Source: an uncultured Gemmatimonadales bacterium
GTDB lineage: Bacteria > Gemmatimonadota > Gemmatimonadetes > Longimicrobiales > Gaopeijiaceae
NCBI GenBank assembly: GCA_963823035.1
Contig: CAWGKG010000014.1
Location: 352,001-416,000, forward strand
Length of the DNA stretch: 64,000 nt
Reading direction: 5' to 3'
Shown: in pieces, positions 26,066 through 37,575 of the stretch
How positions within the stretch are numbered: the first letter of the stretch is position 1
Layout of the letters: each line of letters begins with the position of its first letter
The notes under the pieces: model-generated
Seen by the model: the letters and a program-made list of their open reading frames with translations, nothing else
What the model was told of the DNA's origin: nothing
Databases searched by the model: none
Translations under genes and position numbers: made by a program

Positions 26066-28753
26066 TCAGTCGAAGCGCAGCGTCTCCGCGGGATCCACGC
26101 GTGTCGCGCGCAACGCGGGAACCCACGCGGCGAAGAGCGCGACGCCGAGCAGCAGGAGCGCGACACCGCCCAGGACCGCAGGATCGTGGGCGTCGACCTG
26201 GAAGAGCAGCCCCTCGAGGAATCGGCCCCCCAAGACGGCCAGCGCGACCCCGATGGCGAGTCCACCACCCACCAGGAGGAGACCTTGGCGGATCACCAGC
26301 GCTCGCACCTGTCCGGCCGGTGCCCCCAGGGCGACGCGCACGCCGATCTCACGGGTGCGCCGCCCGACGGCGTAGGCGAGCAGGCCGTAGAGGCCGACGC
26401 CGGCCAGCAGGAGCGTCGCGGCCGCGAAGAACGTCAGCAACACGAGCGTGAAGCGGGTCCGCGCGGCCGAATCGGCCACCAGCTCCGGCAGGGGGCGCAG
26501 CGGCGTGACGGGCTGCGCGGGCGCGAGCGCGCGCACCATCCTGCGCACGGGTTCGACGAGCGCCTCGGCGTCCTTGTCGGCGCGCACCACCAGCGCCATC
26601 GATTGGCTCGTCGCGGGCAGCACCGGCACGTACACGAAGGGGAACGGCGACGGCGAGCGCGCCACCACGTCGCGGATGGAGGGCACGACGCCCACGATGG
26701 AGAACGTGTCGCCCGCCGTGACGAGTCGCCGTCCGATGGGGTCCTCGTCTCCGTAGTGGCGGCGCACCAGGTCCTGGCTCACCACGGCGGCGCGCACGCC
26801 GCCCGGGCGTGCGTCGTCGCGCGTGAGCGTGCGTCCGCGCAGGAGGGGGATCCCCAGGGTCGAGAACAACTCCGGCGTCACGACCCGGAAGCGGGACAGC
26901 CGCTGCTCGCCGGGGTCGGCCGGACGGTCGAGCAGCTCGTAGTCGAAGACGACGCCGAAGCCCGTGAACGGGGCCGAGCTCGTCAGCGCGGCGCTGCGCA
27001 CGCCCGGCAGGGCGGCGGCCCCGGCCAGGATCTCCTGGTAGTAGGCCTCCCGCTCCTCGGCCGAGGCGAAGTCCGAGTCCCCGATCGGCAGTCCGGCCAC
27101 CAGCACGCCACGCGGCTCGAACCCCAGGTCGACGTGCTGGAGCCGCCAGAAGCTCTTCCCCAGGAGGCCGGCGCCGAAGAGGAGCGCGAGGGCGAGGGCG
27201 ACCTGAGCCACCACCAGGCCGCCGCGCAGCCGAGCGGCACGCCGCCCACCACCCGTGCGCCCCGCGCGCAGAGCCCCGATGGGATCGCGCAGCGAAGCCA
27301 GCGCCGGGAGGACTCCGAACACGAGCGCGGCCGCGAAGGCGGCGGCGGCCGCGAACCCGAAAGCGGGTGCTCCCATGGCGACTTCGTCGAGCCGGGGCGT
27401 GCCGGGAGGGGCACCGGCCAGCAGGCCCGAAAGCGCGAGCCTCGCGACGATCAGCCCGAGGAGCCCGCCGAGACCCGCCAGGACGGCGCTCTCGGTCAGG
27501 AGCTGAGCCGCAAGCCTCCGCCGGCCACCCCCGAGCGCCGCGCGCACCGCGACCTCGCCCTGGCGCGCGGTGACACGCGCGAGGAGGAGGCCGCCCACGT
27601 TGATCGCGGCAACCAGGAGGACGAGCGCGACCGCGGCCATCAGGATGCGCAGCTCCGCGCGCACGCTTCCGACGGTGGCCTCTTCGAGCGAGCGCACACC
27701 GATCTCGAGCTTGCGGTCCGTGTCGGGATACGCGTCGCGCAGCGAGGCGGACAACCGGCCGGCCTCGGCGCGCACCACCTCCATGTCGGTGCCCGGCCGG
27801 AGGCGGCCCACCACCTGGATCCAGGAGATCCCACGTTGCGTGCGCCAGTCGGGGCGGTCGAGCACCAGGGGCGTCCATACGTCGGTGCCGGCGGGCATCA
27901 TCGGGCCCGCCGGGAGCACACCGATCACCTCGCGCGCACGGCCGTCCAGGACGAGCGTCGTGCCGATCGCGTCGGCGCGTCCCCCCAGCCGGTCCGTCCA
28001 CAGCGCGTGGCTCACGACCGCGACGGGCGCGCCGGCTGCCCGCTCGGCTTCCGTGAACGTCCGCCCCAGGGCCGGCTCGACGCCCAGGGTCCGGAAGAAC
28101 CCCACGTCGGCCTCGGCGACGCTCACCCGGGCGGGCTCTCCCTCGACGACCACGTTGGCCCCGTCGGGCGTGTACGCGCCCATGGACTCGAAGGCCCCGA
28201 GGCTCTCGGCGAAGTCGCGGTAGTTCGGGGCGGACAGCCAGTAGGAGCCGTCGTCGCCGTCCTGCCCGACTCGATAGAGCCGCTCGGCCGCGGGATAGGG
28301 CAAGGGGCGAAGGAGCACCCCGTCCACCACCGTGTAGACCGCGGTCGCCGCGCCGATCGACAAGCCCAGCGTGAGGAGCACCGCCGCGGCGAAGCCGGGA
28401 CCGCGTCGCAGCATCCTGAGGGCGAAGCGAATGTCCTGCAGGCGGTCGTCCAGGCGTGATCCCATCGTGGCCATCGTCCCCTCCCCGTCGTTCGGTCGAT
28501 CCCCGTCGGCTTCCGTTTCCTCCGTCCACTGCCGCCACGCCGTCGTCAGGACGCCGCGCACGCTGCGGGCCCAGAAGGCGACCGCCGCGACGGCACCACG
28601 TCCGCGCGCCTCCTCCTCCCAACCCTCACGGAAGCAGGCGATCAGCTCCTCCCCCCAGCGGCGCCGGAATCCGCTCGGATGGAGGCGCAGCAGGAGGCGA
28701 TACAGGCGCTCCCCGGGAACGCCGCGCCCCGCAGGGCGGAGGGGGATGCTCAT
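26066..28753 (-). CDS. ADOP-type duplicated ABC permease #2
   Basis: LYRLLLRLHPSGFRRRWGEEL prefix; QDIRFALRMLRRGPGF; RTREIGVRVALGA; RVDPAETLRFD; ATGA overlap with PadR #2. Confidence 0.93.
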   Translation of the reverse strand: MSIPLRPAGRGVPGERLYRLLLRLHPSGFRRRWGEELIACFREGWEEEARGRGAVAAVAFWARSVRGVLTTAWRQWTEETEADGDRPNDGEGTMATMGSRLDDRLQDIRFALRMLRRGPGFAAAVLLTLGLSIGAATAVYTVVDGVLLRPLPYPAAERLYRVGQDGDDGSYWLSAPNYRDFAESLGAFESMGAYTPDGANVVVEGEPARVSVAEADVGFFRTLGVEPALGRTFTEAERAAGAPVAVVSHALWTDRLGGRADAIGTTLVLDGRAREVIGVLPAGPMMPAGTDVWTPLVLDRPDWRTQRGISWIQVVGRLRPGTDMEVVRAEAGRLSASLRDAYPDTDRKLEIGVRSLEEATVGSVRAELRILMAAVALVLLVAAINVGGLLLARVTARQGEVAVRAALGGGRRRLAAQLLTESAVLAGLGGLLGLIVARLALSGLLAGAPPGTPRLDEVAMGAPAFGFAAAAAFAAALVFGVLPALASLRDPIGALRAGRTGGGRRAARLRGGLVVAQVALALALLFGAGLLGKSFWRLQHVDLGFEPRGVLVAGLPIGDSDFASAEEREAYYQEILAGAAALPGVRSAALTSSAPFTGFGVVFDYELLDRPADPGEQRLSRFRVVTPELFSTLGIPLLRGRTLTRDDARPGGVRAAVVSQDLVRRHYGDEDPIGRRLVTAGDTFSIVGVVPSIRDVVARSPSPFPFVYVPVLPATSQSMALVVRADKDAEALVEPVRRMVRALAPAQPVTPLRPLPELVADSAARTRFTLVLLTFFAAATLLLAGVGLYGLLAYAVGRRTREIGVRVALGAPAGQVRALVIRQGLLLVGGGLAIGVALAVLGGRFLEGLLFQVDAHDPAVLGGVALLLLGVALFAAWVPALRATRVDPAETLRFD

Positions 28754-29109
28754 GTCTCTCCCCGCGGGACGAGCTGCAGCTTGCGCGCCGTGCGTACGAC
28801 GGCGTCGAGGCGACCGGCCTCCGCGGCCAGGGCGGAGCGTCCCCGCGACGTGATGCGGTAGTAGCGGCGGCGAACGGCGTCCTCCGTGTCGTCGACGCCG
28901 CCCGCCTCCTCGACGAGGCCGGCCGACGACATCCGGTCGAGCACGTAGTAGAGGTTGCTGGGCGCCAGGCGGATCGCGCCCGCCGCCACCTCGGCGATCC
29001 GCTTCACGATCCCGTAGCCGTACTCCTCCCCTTCGGCGAGGACCAGGAGCACGCTGAACTCGAGCGGCTTCATGGGAGCGGGGCCGACATCCGGGGGATC
29101 GAGCGCCAT
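28750..29109 (-). CDS. PadR-family regulator #2
   Basis: MKPLEFSVLLVLAEGEEYGYGIVKRI..NLYYVLDRM..RRRYYRITSRGR. Confidence 0.92.
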   Translation of the reverse strand: MALDPPDVGPAPMKPLEFSVLLVLAEGEEYGYGIVKRIAEVAAGAIRLAPSNLYYVLDRMSSAGLVEEAGGVDDTEDAVRRRYYRITSRGRSALAAEAGRLDAVVRTARKLQLVPRGET

Positions 29110-29121
29110 GGCGTCCTCGTG

Positions 29122-29186
29122 CTGTTATGGAAATCATCATATGATGACATTCATAACAGACGTTCGTGGGCCCGGCAAGGTTGGAA
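29122..29186 (-). promoter_or_regulatory. 38-bp palindromic operator (two TATG-N8-CATA boxes) plus ECF-type promoter TCCAAC-N17-CGTC
   Basis: CTGTTATGGAAATCATCATATGATGACATTCATAACAG at 29122-29159 (32/38 positions symmetric); promoter at 29159-29186. Confidence 0.7.
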
Positions 29187-29220
29187 GTGGCTTCCCGAGC
29201 TGCCCACGGGCCGCCGGCCG

Positions 29221-29520
29221 CTACAGCCTCACGCCCTCCCACATCTCCGTGAGCGCGCGCTGCGTGTCACGCAGCGCCTCCCGACCGGCCGGCCGCACGG
29301 CGAAGTACTTCCTCGCGCGTCCGCCGCGCTCCGCGGTCGACTCGCCCATCCGGTGCGACACGAAGCCCTTCCGCCCCAGCCGGTCGAGCGTGGTGTACAC
29401 GGCGCCGTACGAGACCTCCCGCCCCGTACGTCGCTCGATCTCCTCGCGCACCTCCATCCCGTAGGCGTCGTTTCCGAGGCGCAGGAGCGCGAGGAGGACC
29501 AACTGCTCGAACTCGCCCAT
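29221..29520 (-). CDS. PadR-family regulator #3
   Basis: MGEFEQLVLLALLRLGNDAYG..GAVYTTLDRL..ERGGRARKYF. Confidence 0.93.
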   Translation of the reverse strand: MGEFEQLVLLALLRLGNDAYGMEVREEIERRTGREVSYGAVYTTLDRLGRKGFVSHRMGESTAERGGRARKYFAVRPAGREALRDTQRALTEMWEGVRL

Positions 29521-29523
29521 CGT

Positions 29524-32165
29524 CTACTCCGACCTGAGGGCGATCACGGGAGGCACGCGCACGGCGCGCAGCGCGGGGAGCGTCGACGCCGCCACGGCCA
29601 CGAGGGCCAGCGTCACGCATCCGCCCACGAGCGTGAGCACGTCGAGCGCCCGGATGCCGTACACGACGCCCTCCAGCACCTTCGTGCTGGCCCACACCCC
29701 CAGGAGGCCGATGCCGACGCCCCAGATGGCGAGCCGGAAGCCGCGGCGAACCACGAGCGCCATGATGCCCGATCCTCCCGCCCCCAGGGCGATCCGGATG
29801 CCGAGCTCGCGCACGCGTCGCGCCACGAAGTAGGACACGGTTCCATACACGCCGGCCGCGGCCAGGAAGAGCGCGGCCAGGGCGAAGAGCCCGATCAGCG
29901 TGGTGTAGAAGCGCCGCTGCGCGAAGGTGCGCTCGACGCGCGCCGACATGGTCTGCACGTCCGCGGGTGGCTGCGCGGGGTCGACCGCCAGGATCGCCTC
30001 GCGGATGCGCGGCACGATCGCAGAGGGGTCGCCGGCCGTGCGCACGGTCAAGTAGCTCGCCGTGGTCCATCCCTTCGTGAAGGGGAAGTACGCCTGACCG
30101 TGGGCACCTTGCTCGGGCCCCCACTGGCGCACGTCACCGACCACGCCGACCACGGTGAGCCAGTTCGGCGGATCGTCGTCGAAGCTGAACCGCTTGCCGA
30201 GCGGGTCCTCCCCGGGCCACGCCTCGTCGGCGAGGGCCTGGTTGACGACCACCCCGGTGGCCGCGGAGGCCGAGTCCTCGGGGAGAAGCAGCCGCCCCTT
30301 CAGAAGCGGGATCTGCATCGTCCGAAGTAGTCCCCCGTGACGCTCACCACTTCCACGAGCGGCCCTTCACCGGCGTTCTGCCTGGGAGGTGTGCCCTCCA
30401 CCCAGACGTTGCCGTTGCTCCCGCCGAAGAGGGGGAGGCGCGACACCGTACCGACGCTCTCTACGCCGGGGATCGCTCCGACGCGCTGCAGCACCTGGTC
30501 GTAGAAGGAGACCAGCGCCTCGTTCTCGCGGTAGCGCGGGCCGGCCGGGCTTAGGGACATCGTGACGACACCGTCCGCCTCGAAGCCGTAGGCCTGGCCG
30601 CGCAGGTGGGCATAGCTGCGCACGAGCAGCGCGGCCCCGTTGGCGAGCACCAACCCGAGCGCGATCTGCCCGACGATGAAGGCGTCGCGCAGACGCTCCT
30701 TCGTGGGTGCGAGCGTCGCGTACCCGCCCTCGCGCACATTCGCGGCGAGGTTCGTGCGCGACGCGAGGAGCGCCGGCACCATCCCGAAGAGAAGCGCCGT
30801 GATCGCCGACGCCCCGAGGGCGAAGCCCAACGCCCACCCGTCCATCCGGATCTGGTCGATGCGTGGGATGGACGGCGGGAGCACCGCCTTGAGGCCGTCG
30901 ACGGCCGCCAGCGAGAGAAGCAGGCCACCCACGCCACCCAGGACGGCCAGCACCAGCGCCTCGGAGAAGAGGAGCCGGACCATCGCCCGTCGGCTCGCGC
31001 CCAGCGCCGCGCGCACGGCCAGCTCGGTCTCGCGCCCGGCCGCCCGCGCGAGGAGGAGCCCCGCCACGTTGCCACACGCGATCAGTAGCACCACCCCCGC
31101 CGCCCCCAGAATCATCCCGAGCTGCTTGCCCACGTCACCGAAGAGGTACTCGTGGACCGTGAAGATCTTCGTGCTCCGATCCTGGTTCGTCAGCGGATAC
31201 TCCTGCGCGAGCTGGCGCATCACGCCGTCCATGTCGGCCTGCGCCGCCTCCTTCGTGACGCCGGGCGCCAGGCGCGCGATCACGGGAAAGCCGTGGCTGC
31301 CGCGGTTGCCCTTCAGGCGCTCGTTCGGGAAGGGGACGTAGAGCCGGTACCCCCCGAACCGCATCCACGGCGACGGGACGTCGAACCCCTCCGGCATCAC
31401 CCCCACCACGGTGTACGCCTCGCCGTTGAGCTCGAGCGAGGAGCCGAGCACGTCCGCGCGACCACCGAGCTGGTTCTGCCACATCGCCCAGCTGAGCACG
31501 ACCACGTTCGGCGCGTCCTGGTCCTCGGGCAGCAGCGCACGCCCCATGAGCGGAGCCACGCCGAGGAACCCGAACACGCTCGCGGTCACGTGCGTCCCGG
31601 TGACCCGTTCCGGCTCGGGCATCGACGTGAGCGTGAAGACGCCCGGGTTGAGCGCCCCGAGCCCGGCGAACGAGCGGCTGCGCTCCCGCCAGTCCAGGTA
31701 GTCGGGGCCGGACGCCGGTCCACAGCAGCCGAAGCCTCCCTGCTCCATGATGACGACCAGCTCGCCTGAATCCGGGAGAGGGATCGGCTCGAGGAAGACC
31801 GCCCGGAACACCCCGAACAGCGCGGTGGTCGCCCCCACGCCAAGGGCGAGCGTCACCAGCACGGTGAGCGAGAAGCCGGGCCGCCTGCGCAGCGCCCGGA
31901 AGGCCAACCCGCCGTCCCTCGTCCAAGCACCCATCCGTTCCCCCTTCCCCTCGGCTCCTCTCCACGTGTCCCGGAGCCGTCCGGCCGCATGCCGGAGCCC
32001 CGGTGCGATCGAGCGGCGCACCTGCCTCCCGTACCACCGACGCGCCGCCCTCACGCCGTCACGATCCACCCTGCGCGCGAACTCCTCCGCCGCGTCGCCG
32101 AGCACGGCGTCACGCTGCTCCCCCGGCATCAGCCAGGCGAGCAACCGCTCCCATCCGCGGGGCAC
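29524..32165 (-). CDS. ADOP-type duplicated ABC permease #3 (frameshift near 30320)
   Basis: AVLGDAAEEF..ARRWYGRQV prefix; TLALGVGATTALF; IACGNVAGL; continues in ORF 29524..30318 to RVPPVIALRSE. Confidence 0.9.
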
Positions 32166-32199
32166 ATCGCCCCGACCGCCGTCCGCATCCCGCAATTTC

Positions 32200-32275
32200 T
32201 TATACACTGTGTGATAAATGGCCGCAATCGCCCCCCTCGCAGGATATGGACGGTGCGGAGGGGCCGATGGTTGCA
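32200..32275 (-). promoter_or_regulatory. ECF-type promoter TGCAAC-N17-CGTC and near-palindrome TTATACACTGTGTGATAA for ADOP #3 / PadR #3
   Basis: Promoter at 32249-32275; AT-rich dyad at 32200-32217. Confidence 0.6.
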
Positions 32276-32308
32276 GTCGGCGTCGGAGACGGAGGTTCGA
32301 CGCCGCGC

Positions 32309-32365
32309 TTGTTGTAGAATGACAAGGCATTAATGTCCTACAACAAACCTTGCCCGAGCGGCGTC
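32309..32365 (+). promoter_or_regulatory. Inverted repeat TTGTTGTAG-N20-CTACAACAA overlapping ECF-type promoter TACAAC-N17-CGTC for PadR #4
   Basis: Arms at 32309-32317 and 32338-32346; promoter at 32339-32365. Confidence 0.6.
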
Positions 32366-32398
32366 CCACGAGACACCGACCCATACGGAGCGAACGCG

Positions 32399-32731
32399 AT
32401 GTCCCGATCCAAGGCCGACCTCCTCCAGGGAACGCTCGACCTCCTCATCCTCAAGGCGCTCACGCTGGGGGCGCTCCACGGATGGGGGATCTCCAAGCGC
32501 ATCGGGCACATGTCGGGGGAGATCCTCGAGGTGAACCAGGGCTCGCTCTACCCCGCCCTGCACCGCCTGGAAGACCGGGGCCTGGTCTCGTCGGAATGGG
32601 GCATCTCGGGCGAGGGTCGCCGCGCGAAGTTCTACACGCTGACGACGGCGGGACGCGCGCACTTCATGGAGGAAGAGGCGAGTTGGAGCCTGTTCGCCTC
32701 CGCGGTCCAGCAGGTCCTGCACTTCGCATGA
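32399..32731 (+). CDS. PadR-family regulator #4 (acidobacterial ADOP-associated type)
   Basis: DLLQGTLDLLILKAL..HGWGI..QGSLYPALHRLE..RRAKFYTLT. Confidence 0.94.
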   Translation: MSRSKADLLQGTLDLLILKALTLGALHGWGISKRIGHMSGEILEVNQGSLYPALHRLEDRGLVSSEWGISGEGRRAKFYTLTTAGRAHFMEEEASWSLFASAVQQVLHFA

Positions 32732-32783
32732 GCGATCGGGAGGGTGGCGGACGGATGACGACGACGACGGAAGGAGGCGAGCG

Positions 32784-35446
32784 ATGAGGTGGACCGAGCG
32801 GCTGGCGCGCAGGATCCGGGTGCTCTTCCGGAAGGGAGCGGTGGAGCGCGAGCTCGACGAGGAGCTCCGCGCACACGTGGAGATGGAGGCGGACGAGCTG
32901 GCTCGCCGCGGCATGGAGCCGGAGCGCGCGCGGCGGGAGGCGCTCCGGCGTTTCGGCGGCGTCGAGCGCATGAAGGAGCGCGTGCGCGACGAGCGCGGCG
33001 GGCGCCTCCTCGAGGACCTCGTCCAGGACCTGCGCTATGGCGCACGCACCCTGCGGAAGAGCCCCGGCTTCTCGCTGAGCGCGCTGCTCGTGCTGGCGCT
33101 CGGCATCGGCTCCGCGACGGCGCTCTTCGGGGTGGTCGACGCCGTGCTCCTGGAGCCCCTTCCCTACCCGCAGCCCGATCGTCTCGTGCGCGTGTGGCCG
33201 GCTTCGCCGTCCCGTGGGATGGACAGGACCGCTTTCTCCTATCCCGATGCGAGGGACTGGCGCGAGCGCGCCGGCACGCTGGACGGCATGGCGGTCTATT
33301 CGACGCTCCCCGGCGACTACGTCTACCTGGGTGGCGACGCGCCCGTGGAGCTCGCGACGGAGTGGGTCGGCGGTGACTTCTTCCGCGTGCTCGGGGTCGC
33401 ACCCGCCGAGGGGCGCGCCCTGCGACCGGAGGACGAGGAGGAGCAGCGCATGGTCGCCGTCCTCTCCTGGGGGGCATGGCAACGGCTGTTCGCGGGCGAT
33501 CCCTCCGTGGTGGGCCGGACGGTCGAGCTCGACCACCGCTCGTTCGAGGTGGTGGGCGTCATGCCCGACGGCTTCACCTACCCGGAGGGCACCAGCGTCG
33601 ACCTGTGGGTGCCGATGACCGTCATCCCCCAGGACGACATCCCGACGGAGAGGCGCGCGGTGCGCTTCCTGAGCGGCCTGGGCCGCCTCGCGCCCGGCGC
33701 CACGATCGAGGCGGCGAGCAGCGAGTTGAGCGGCATCGCGCAGGCGCTGGAGGAGACGTATCCCGACGCGAACGCCGGCATCTCGGCCGCCACGCTGGAG
33801 CCGCTTCGGGACACCGTGGTGGGCGACGTGCGCACGGCGCTGTGGGTGGCGCTGGGCGCCGTCGGCTTCATCCTCCTGCTGGCGTGCGCCAACGTCGCCA
33901 ACCTGCTGCTCGCGCGGGGTACGGCACGGACCCGCGAGGTGGCGCTGCGCATGAGCCTGGGGGCGCCGGCGGGCCGGGTCGTCCGCCAGCTCCTCACGGA
34001 GAGCCTCCTCCTGGCGGCGTCGGGCGGAGCTCTCGGCCTCGCGATCGCGTGGGCGGCGACCACCGCCATGGCCCGGTGGAGCGCAGGGCTCCTGCCGCGC
34101 GCGGCGGGGATCGGACTCGACGGCACGGTCGTCGGGGTCTCGATCCTCGTGACGCTGGCGGCCGCGACGCTCGCGGGCATGCTTCCGGCGCTGCGCGCCG
34201 CGGACGTGTCGCCGGCGGACGATCTGCGCGAGGGGAGCCGCGGCAACGCGGCGGGCCTGCGGGGCGTGCGCCTGCGTCGCGGCCTCGTCGCCGCGGAGGT
34301 CGCCCTCGCCGTGCTCCTCCTCACCGGCGCAGGGCTGCTCATGCGCAGCCTGGGGGCGCTCAGCCGCGTGGACGCCGGCTTCGAGACCGCGGGCCGCATC
34401 GCCATGACGCTGACCATCTCCGACGAGGCGCATCCGGACCGCGGCGAGTGGATGGGCATGTACCACCAGATCCTCGAACGCCTCCGCGCGAACCCGTCGG
34501 TGACCTCCGCGGCCGCGATCCGCTACCTGCCGTTCCGTGGCTCCGGGGAGGCGATTGCCCGTGCACGTGCCCGGCCTGTACGAGCCTGCCCGGGAGAACC
34601 AGCAGTACGCCCAGCTCTTCCAGGTCTCGGACGACGTCTTCGAGACGCTCGGCATCCGACTTCTGCGCGGCCGCTCCTTCCAGGCCACGGACGGCCCCGA
34701 CGATCCGTTCGTCGCGGTGGTGAACGAGGCGTTCCAGCGCGAGTTCTTCCAGGGGCGCGACCCCCTCGGGGAACGCTTCTTCGCGTCCGGTGGCACCGGC
34801 GGCACGCCGGTGGAAGTCGTCGGGGTGGTGGCCGACGTGCACCACCGCGGGCTCGACGAGGCCCCGCACGCGAGCGTCTACATCAGCAACGACCAGAACT
34901 CGCGCATCCAGATGTCGTACGTGGTCGCAAACCACCGGAGACCCCCTCGCGCTGGCGGGCGAGATGCGCAGGATCGTCCACGACGTCGATCCCGATCAGC
35001 CGGTGTCCGAGATCCTCCCGCTCACCGAGCTGATGTCGGAGAACCTGGCGCGTCCACGCTTCTTCGCCGCGCTCCTGGGAGGCTTCGCCGTCCTGGCGCT
35101 TCTCCTCGCGGCGCTGGGCGTGTACGGCGTGCTCGCCTACGTGGTGCGGGGCCAGGCGCGAGAGATGGGGCTGCGCCTGGCTCTGGGCGCCTCGGGCGAG
35201 CGGGTGGCGGTCCGCGTGCTGGCCCAGGGGATGGCGCCCGTCGGCGTGGGGCTGGCCGTAGGGCTCCTCGCCGCCGCCGCGCTATCACGCTTCCTGGTGG
35301 CGCTCCTCTTCGACGTGGCGCCGCTGGACGCCCCGACCTACGTGGGCGTGGCCGCGGTCCTCGGCGGCGTCGCGGCCGTCGCCTGCCTCGTGCCGGCGTG
35401 GGCGGCCGGCCGCGTCGATCCGATGGTGAGCCTGCGCTCGGAGTAG
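32784..35446 (+). CDS. ADOP-type duplicated ABC permease #4 (frameshifts near 34560 and 34935)
   Basis: Prefix ERELDEELRAHVEME..EALRRFGG..KERVRD; ACANVANLLLAR; C-terminal AREMGLRLALGA..VDPMVSLRSE in another frame. Confidence 0.9.
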
Positions 35447-35453
35447 CCGCGGG

Positions 35454-36380
35454 TCAGGCCTTCGCCGTCTCCAGGAGATCCGCGGTCTCGAGGATGCCGC
35501 GGATCTCCTTGCGGCGTGCCTCGGTGACCGGCGACAGCGGGGGCCGCGGGGCGCCGCCCTTGTACCCCAGGATGTCGAGGGCCGCCTTCACGCCCGGCAC
35601 GCCCATACCGCCTACGATCTGCGTGTGCACCGGGGCGATGCGCTCCTGCGCCCGCCCCGCGTCGGCCTCGCGCCCGTCGAAGAAGGCGACGCTGATCTCG
35701 GCGGCCTCGGCGGGCGCCATCAGCCCGACGCCCACGATCCCGCCCACGGCACCGACGCCCAGCCCGCCGTACAGGATCGAGCCGGCGCCCACGAGCACCT
35801 GGAAGTCGTCGGCGCACTGCTCGACCAGCTCACCGACCAGGTCGAGGTTCCCGCGCGAGTCCTTGATGCCCACGATGTTCTCGTGGTGCGACAACTCGGC
35901 CACCAAGCCGGTCGGGAATTCGAGCGTGGACAGACGTAGCGGCACCTGGTAGACGATCACCGGCACCGGCGACGCGTCGGCGACGGCCCGGTAGTGGCGG
36001 GCCAGCGCCTCGGGCGTCATCGCGCCCTTGAAGTACGCCGGCGGCTTCACCAGCACGGCGTCGGCGCCCGCGTCGGCGGCCTTTCTCGACCGCGCGATCG
36101 TGTGGCGCGTGGACTCGGCACCCGTGCCCACCAGCACGAGGCGGTCCTCGGGCACGGCGTCACGGGCCGCCTCCATGAGCGCGGCGATCTCGCCCTCGTC
36201 CAGGAAGACGGATTCGCCCGTGGAGCCCGCGATCAGCAAGCCGCGCAACGGATGCTCGAACCAGCGGCGCAGGTTGGACCGGAACGCGACGACGTCCACG
36301 TCGCCGGTGACGGGATCGAAGGGAGTCGTGACCGGGAGGAAGGTACCGCGCAGATCGGTGCTCATGGGTTCCATCGTCAT
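35454..36380 (-). CDS. DHDPS/NAL-family aldolase (HOGA-like, not canonical DapA)
   Basis: PVTTPF; AGSTGE; KPPAYFK; YQVP; GIKDSRG; ATGA overlap with the pilT stop at 36377-36380. Confidence 0.85.
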   Translation of the reverse strand: MTMEPMSTDLRGTFLPVTTPFDPVTGDVDVVAFRSNLRRWFEHPLRGLLIAGSTGESVFLDEGEIAALMEAARDAVPEDRLVLVGTGAESTRHTIARSRKAADAGADAVLVKPPAYFKGAMTPEALARHYRAVADASPVPVIVYQVPLRLSTLEFPTGLVAELSHHENIVGIKDSRGNLDLVGELVEQCADDFQVLVGAGSILYGGLGVGAVGGIVGVGLMAPAEAAEISVAFFDGREADAGRAQERIAPVHTQIVGGMGVPGVKAALDILGYKGGAPRPPLSPVTEARRKEIRGILETADLLETAKA

Positions 36381-37508
36381 CCTTCGTAGAGGCGGCTCAT
36401 CTCGTCCTGCATGCCCCCCTGGCCGCCGCCCTTCTCCGCCCTGAGGTCGCCGAACATGTTCATCTTGAGGTCGAAGTCGGTCGGGTTGTTCGCCGCGGCC
36501 TTGGCGACCTCGAAGGACACCAAGCCCCCGCTGCACCAACTCGGTCAGGTGCTGATCGAAGGTCTGGGAGCCGTAGTGGTCCTTCCCCTCCTCGATCAGG
36601 TCCGAGATCTCGTCCATCCGGTCCTTGTCCCGGATGCAGTCACGGATCGTGGCCGACACCGGCATGATCTCCATGGCCGCGACCCGCCCGCCCGTCTTCT
36701 TCTGCACGAGGCGCTGGCTGATCACCGCCTGAAGCTGCTCCGACAGGCGGATGCGGATCATCTCCTGCTCGCCCGGATCGAACACCGCGATCACGCGGGA
36801 GATCGTCTGTACGGCGTTCTTCGTGTGCAGCGTGGAGATCACCAGGTGGCCCGTCTCGGCGGCTTTGAGCGCGGTGTCGATCGTGAGCTTGTCACGCATC
36901 TCGCCGATGAGGATGATGTCGGGATCCTGGCGCAGGACGGCCCGCAGGCCCGAGGCGAACGAATCGGTGTCGGTGCCGATGTCGCGCTGCGTGATCGAGC
37001 ACTGGTTGTCTCGGTGCAGAAACTCGATCGGATTCTCGAGCGTGACGATGTGAAGGTGCTTGTGCTGGTTCATCCAGTTGATCATCGCCGCCATCGTCGA
37101 GCTCTTCCCGGCGCCGGTGACCCCCGTCACCAGGATCAGGCCGCGCTCGTGGTTCGCGATGTCCTCGATGATCGGAGGCAAGCCCAGGTCCTCGATCGTC
37201 GGGATCTCGAACGGAATCACGCGCATGACGATCATGGGCGAGCCGCGTTGCCTCATGATGTTCACGCGGAAGCGACCTACGCCCGGCAGGCCCCAGGAGC
37301 AGTCGTAGTCCAGCAGCTTGTCGAACTGCCGACGATCGTCCTCGTGCGGCATCAGCTTCAGCGCGATCGCCTTCACCTGATCCGCCGACAGCTTCTGCTG
37401 CGTCAGCGGCACGAGCTCGCCGAACACCCGCGCCCGGACCACGTCACCGGTCTTGATGTGGACGTCGCTCGCGCCGCGCTCGATCGCGGCCTTGAACAAC
37501 TCCTGCAT
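36377..37508 (-). CDS. pilT: Type IV pilus retraction ATPase PilT/PilU (frameshift near 36525)
   Basis: ASDVHI; GRFRVN; GVTGAGKSST; LRQDPDIILIGEMRD; ETGHLVISTLHT; corrected C-terminus VSFEVAKAAANNPTDF..RLYEG-stop. Confidence 0.92.
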
Positions 37509-37575
37509 GGCCAATCCTCCGCCGTGGGGCCGAACGCTAAGATACTACCCTTCGTCCTCGCGACCCAAAGTCACC

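Noticed and set aside
35454..37514. Apparent PilT-DapA fusion (686-aa ORF)
   Set aside because: The natural PilT C-terminus and stop (36377) lie in another frame after an indel near 36525.
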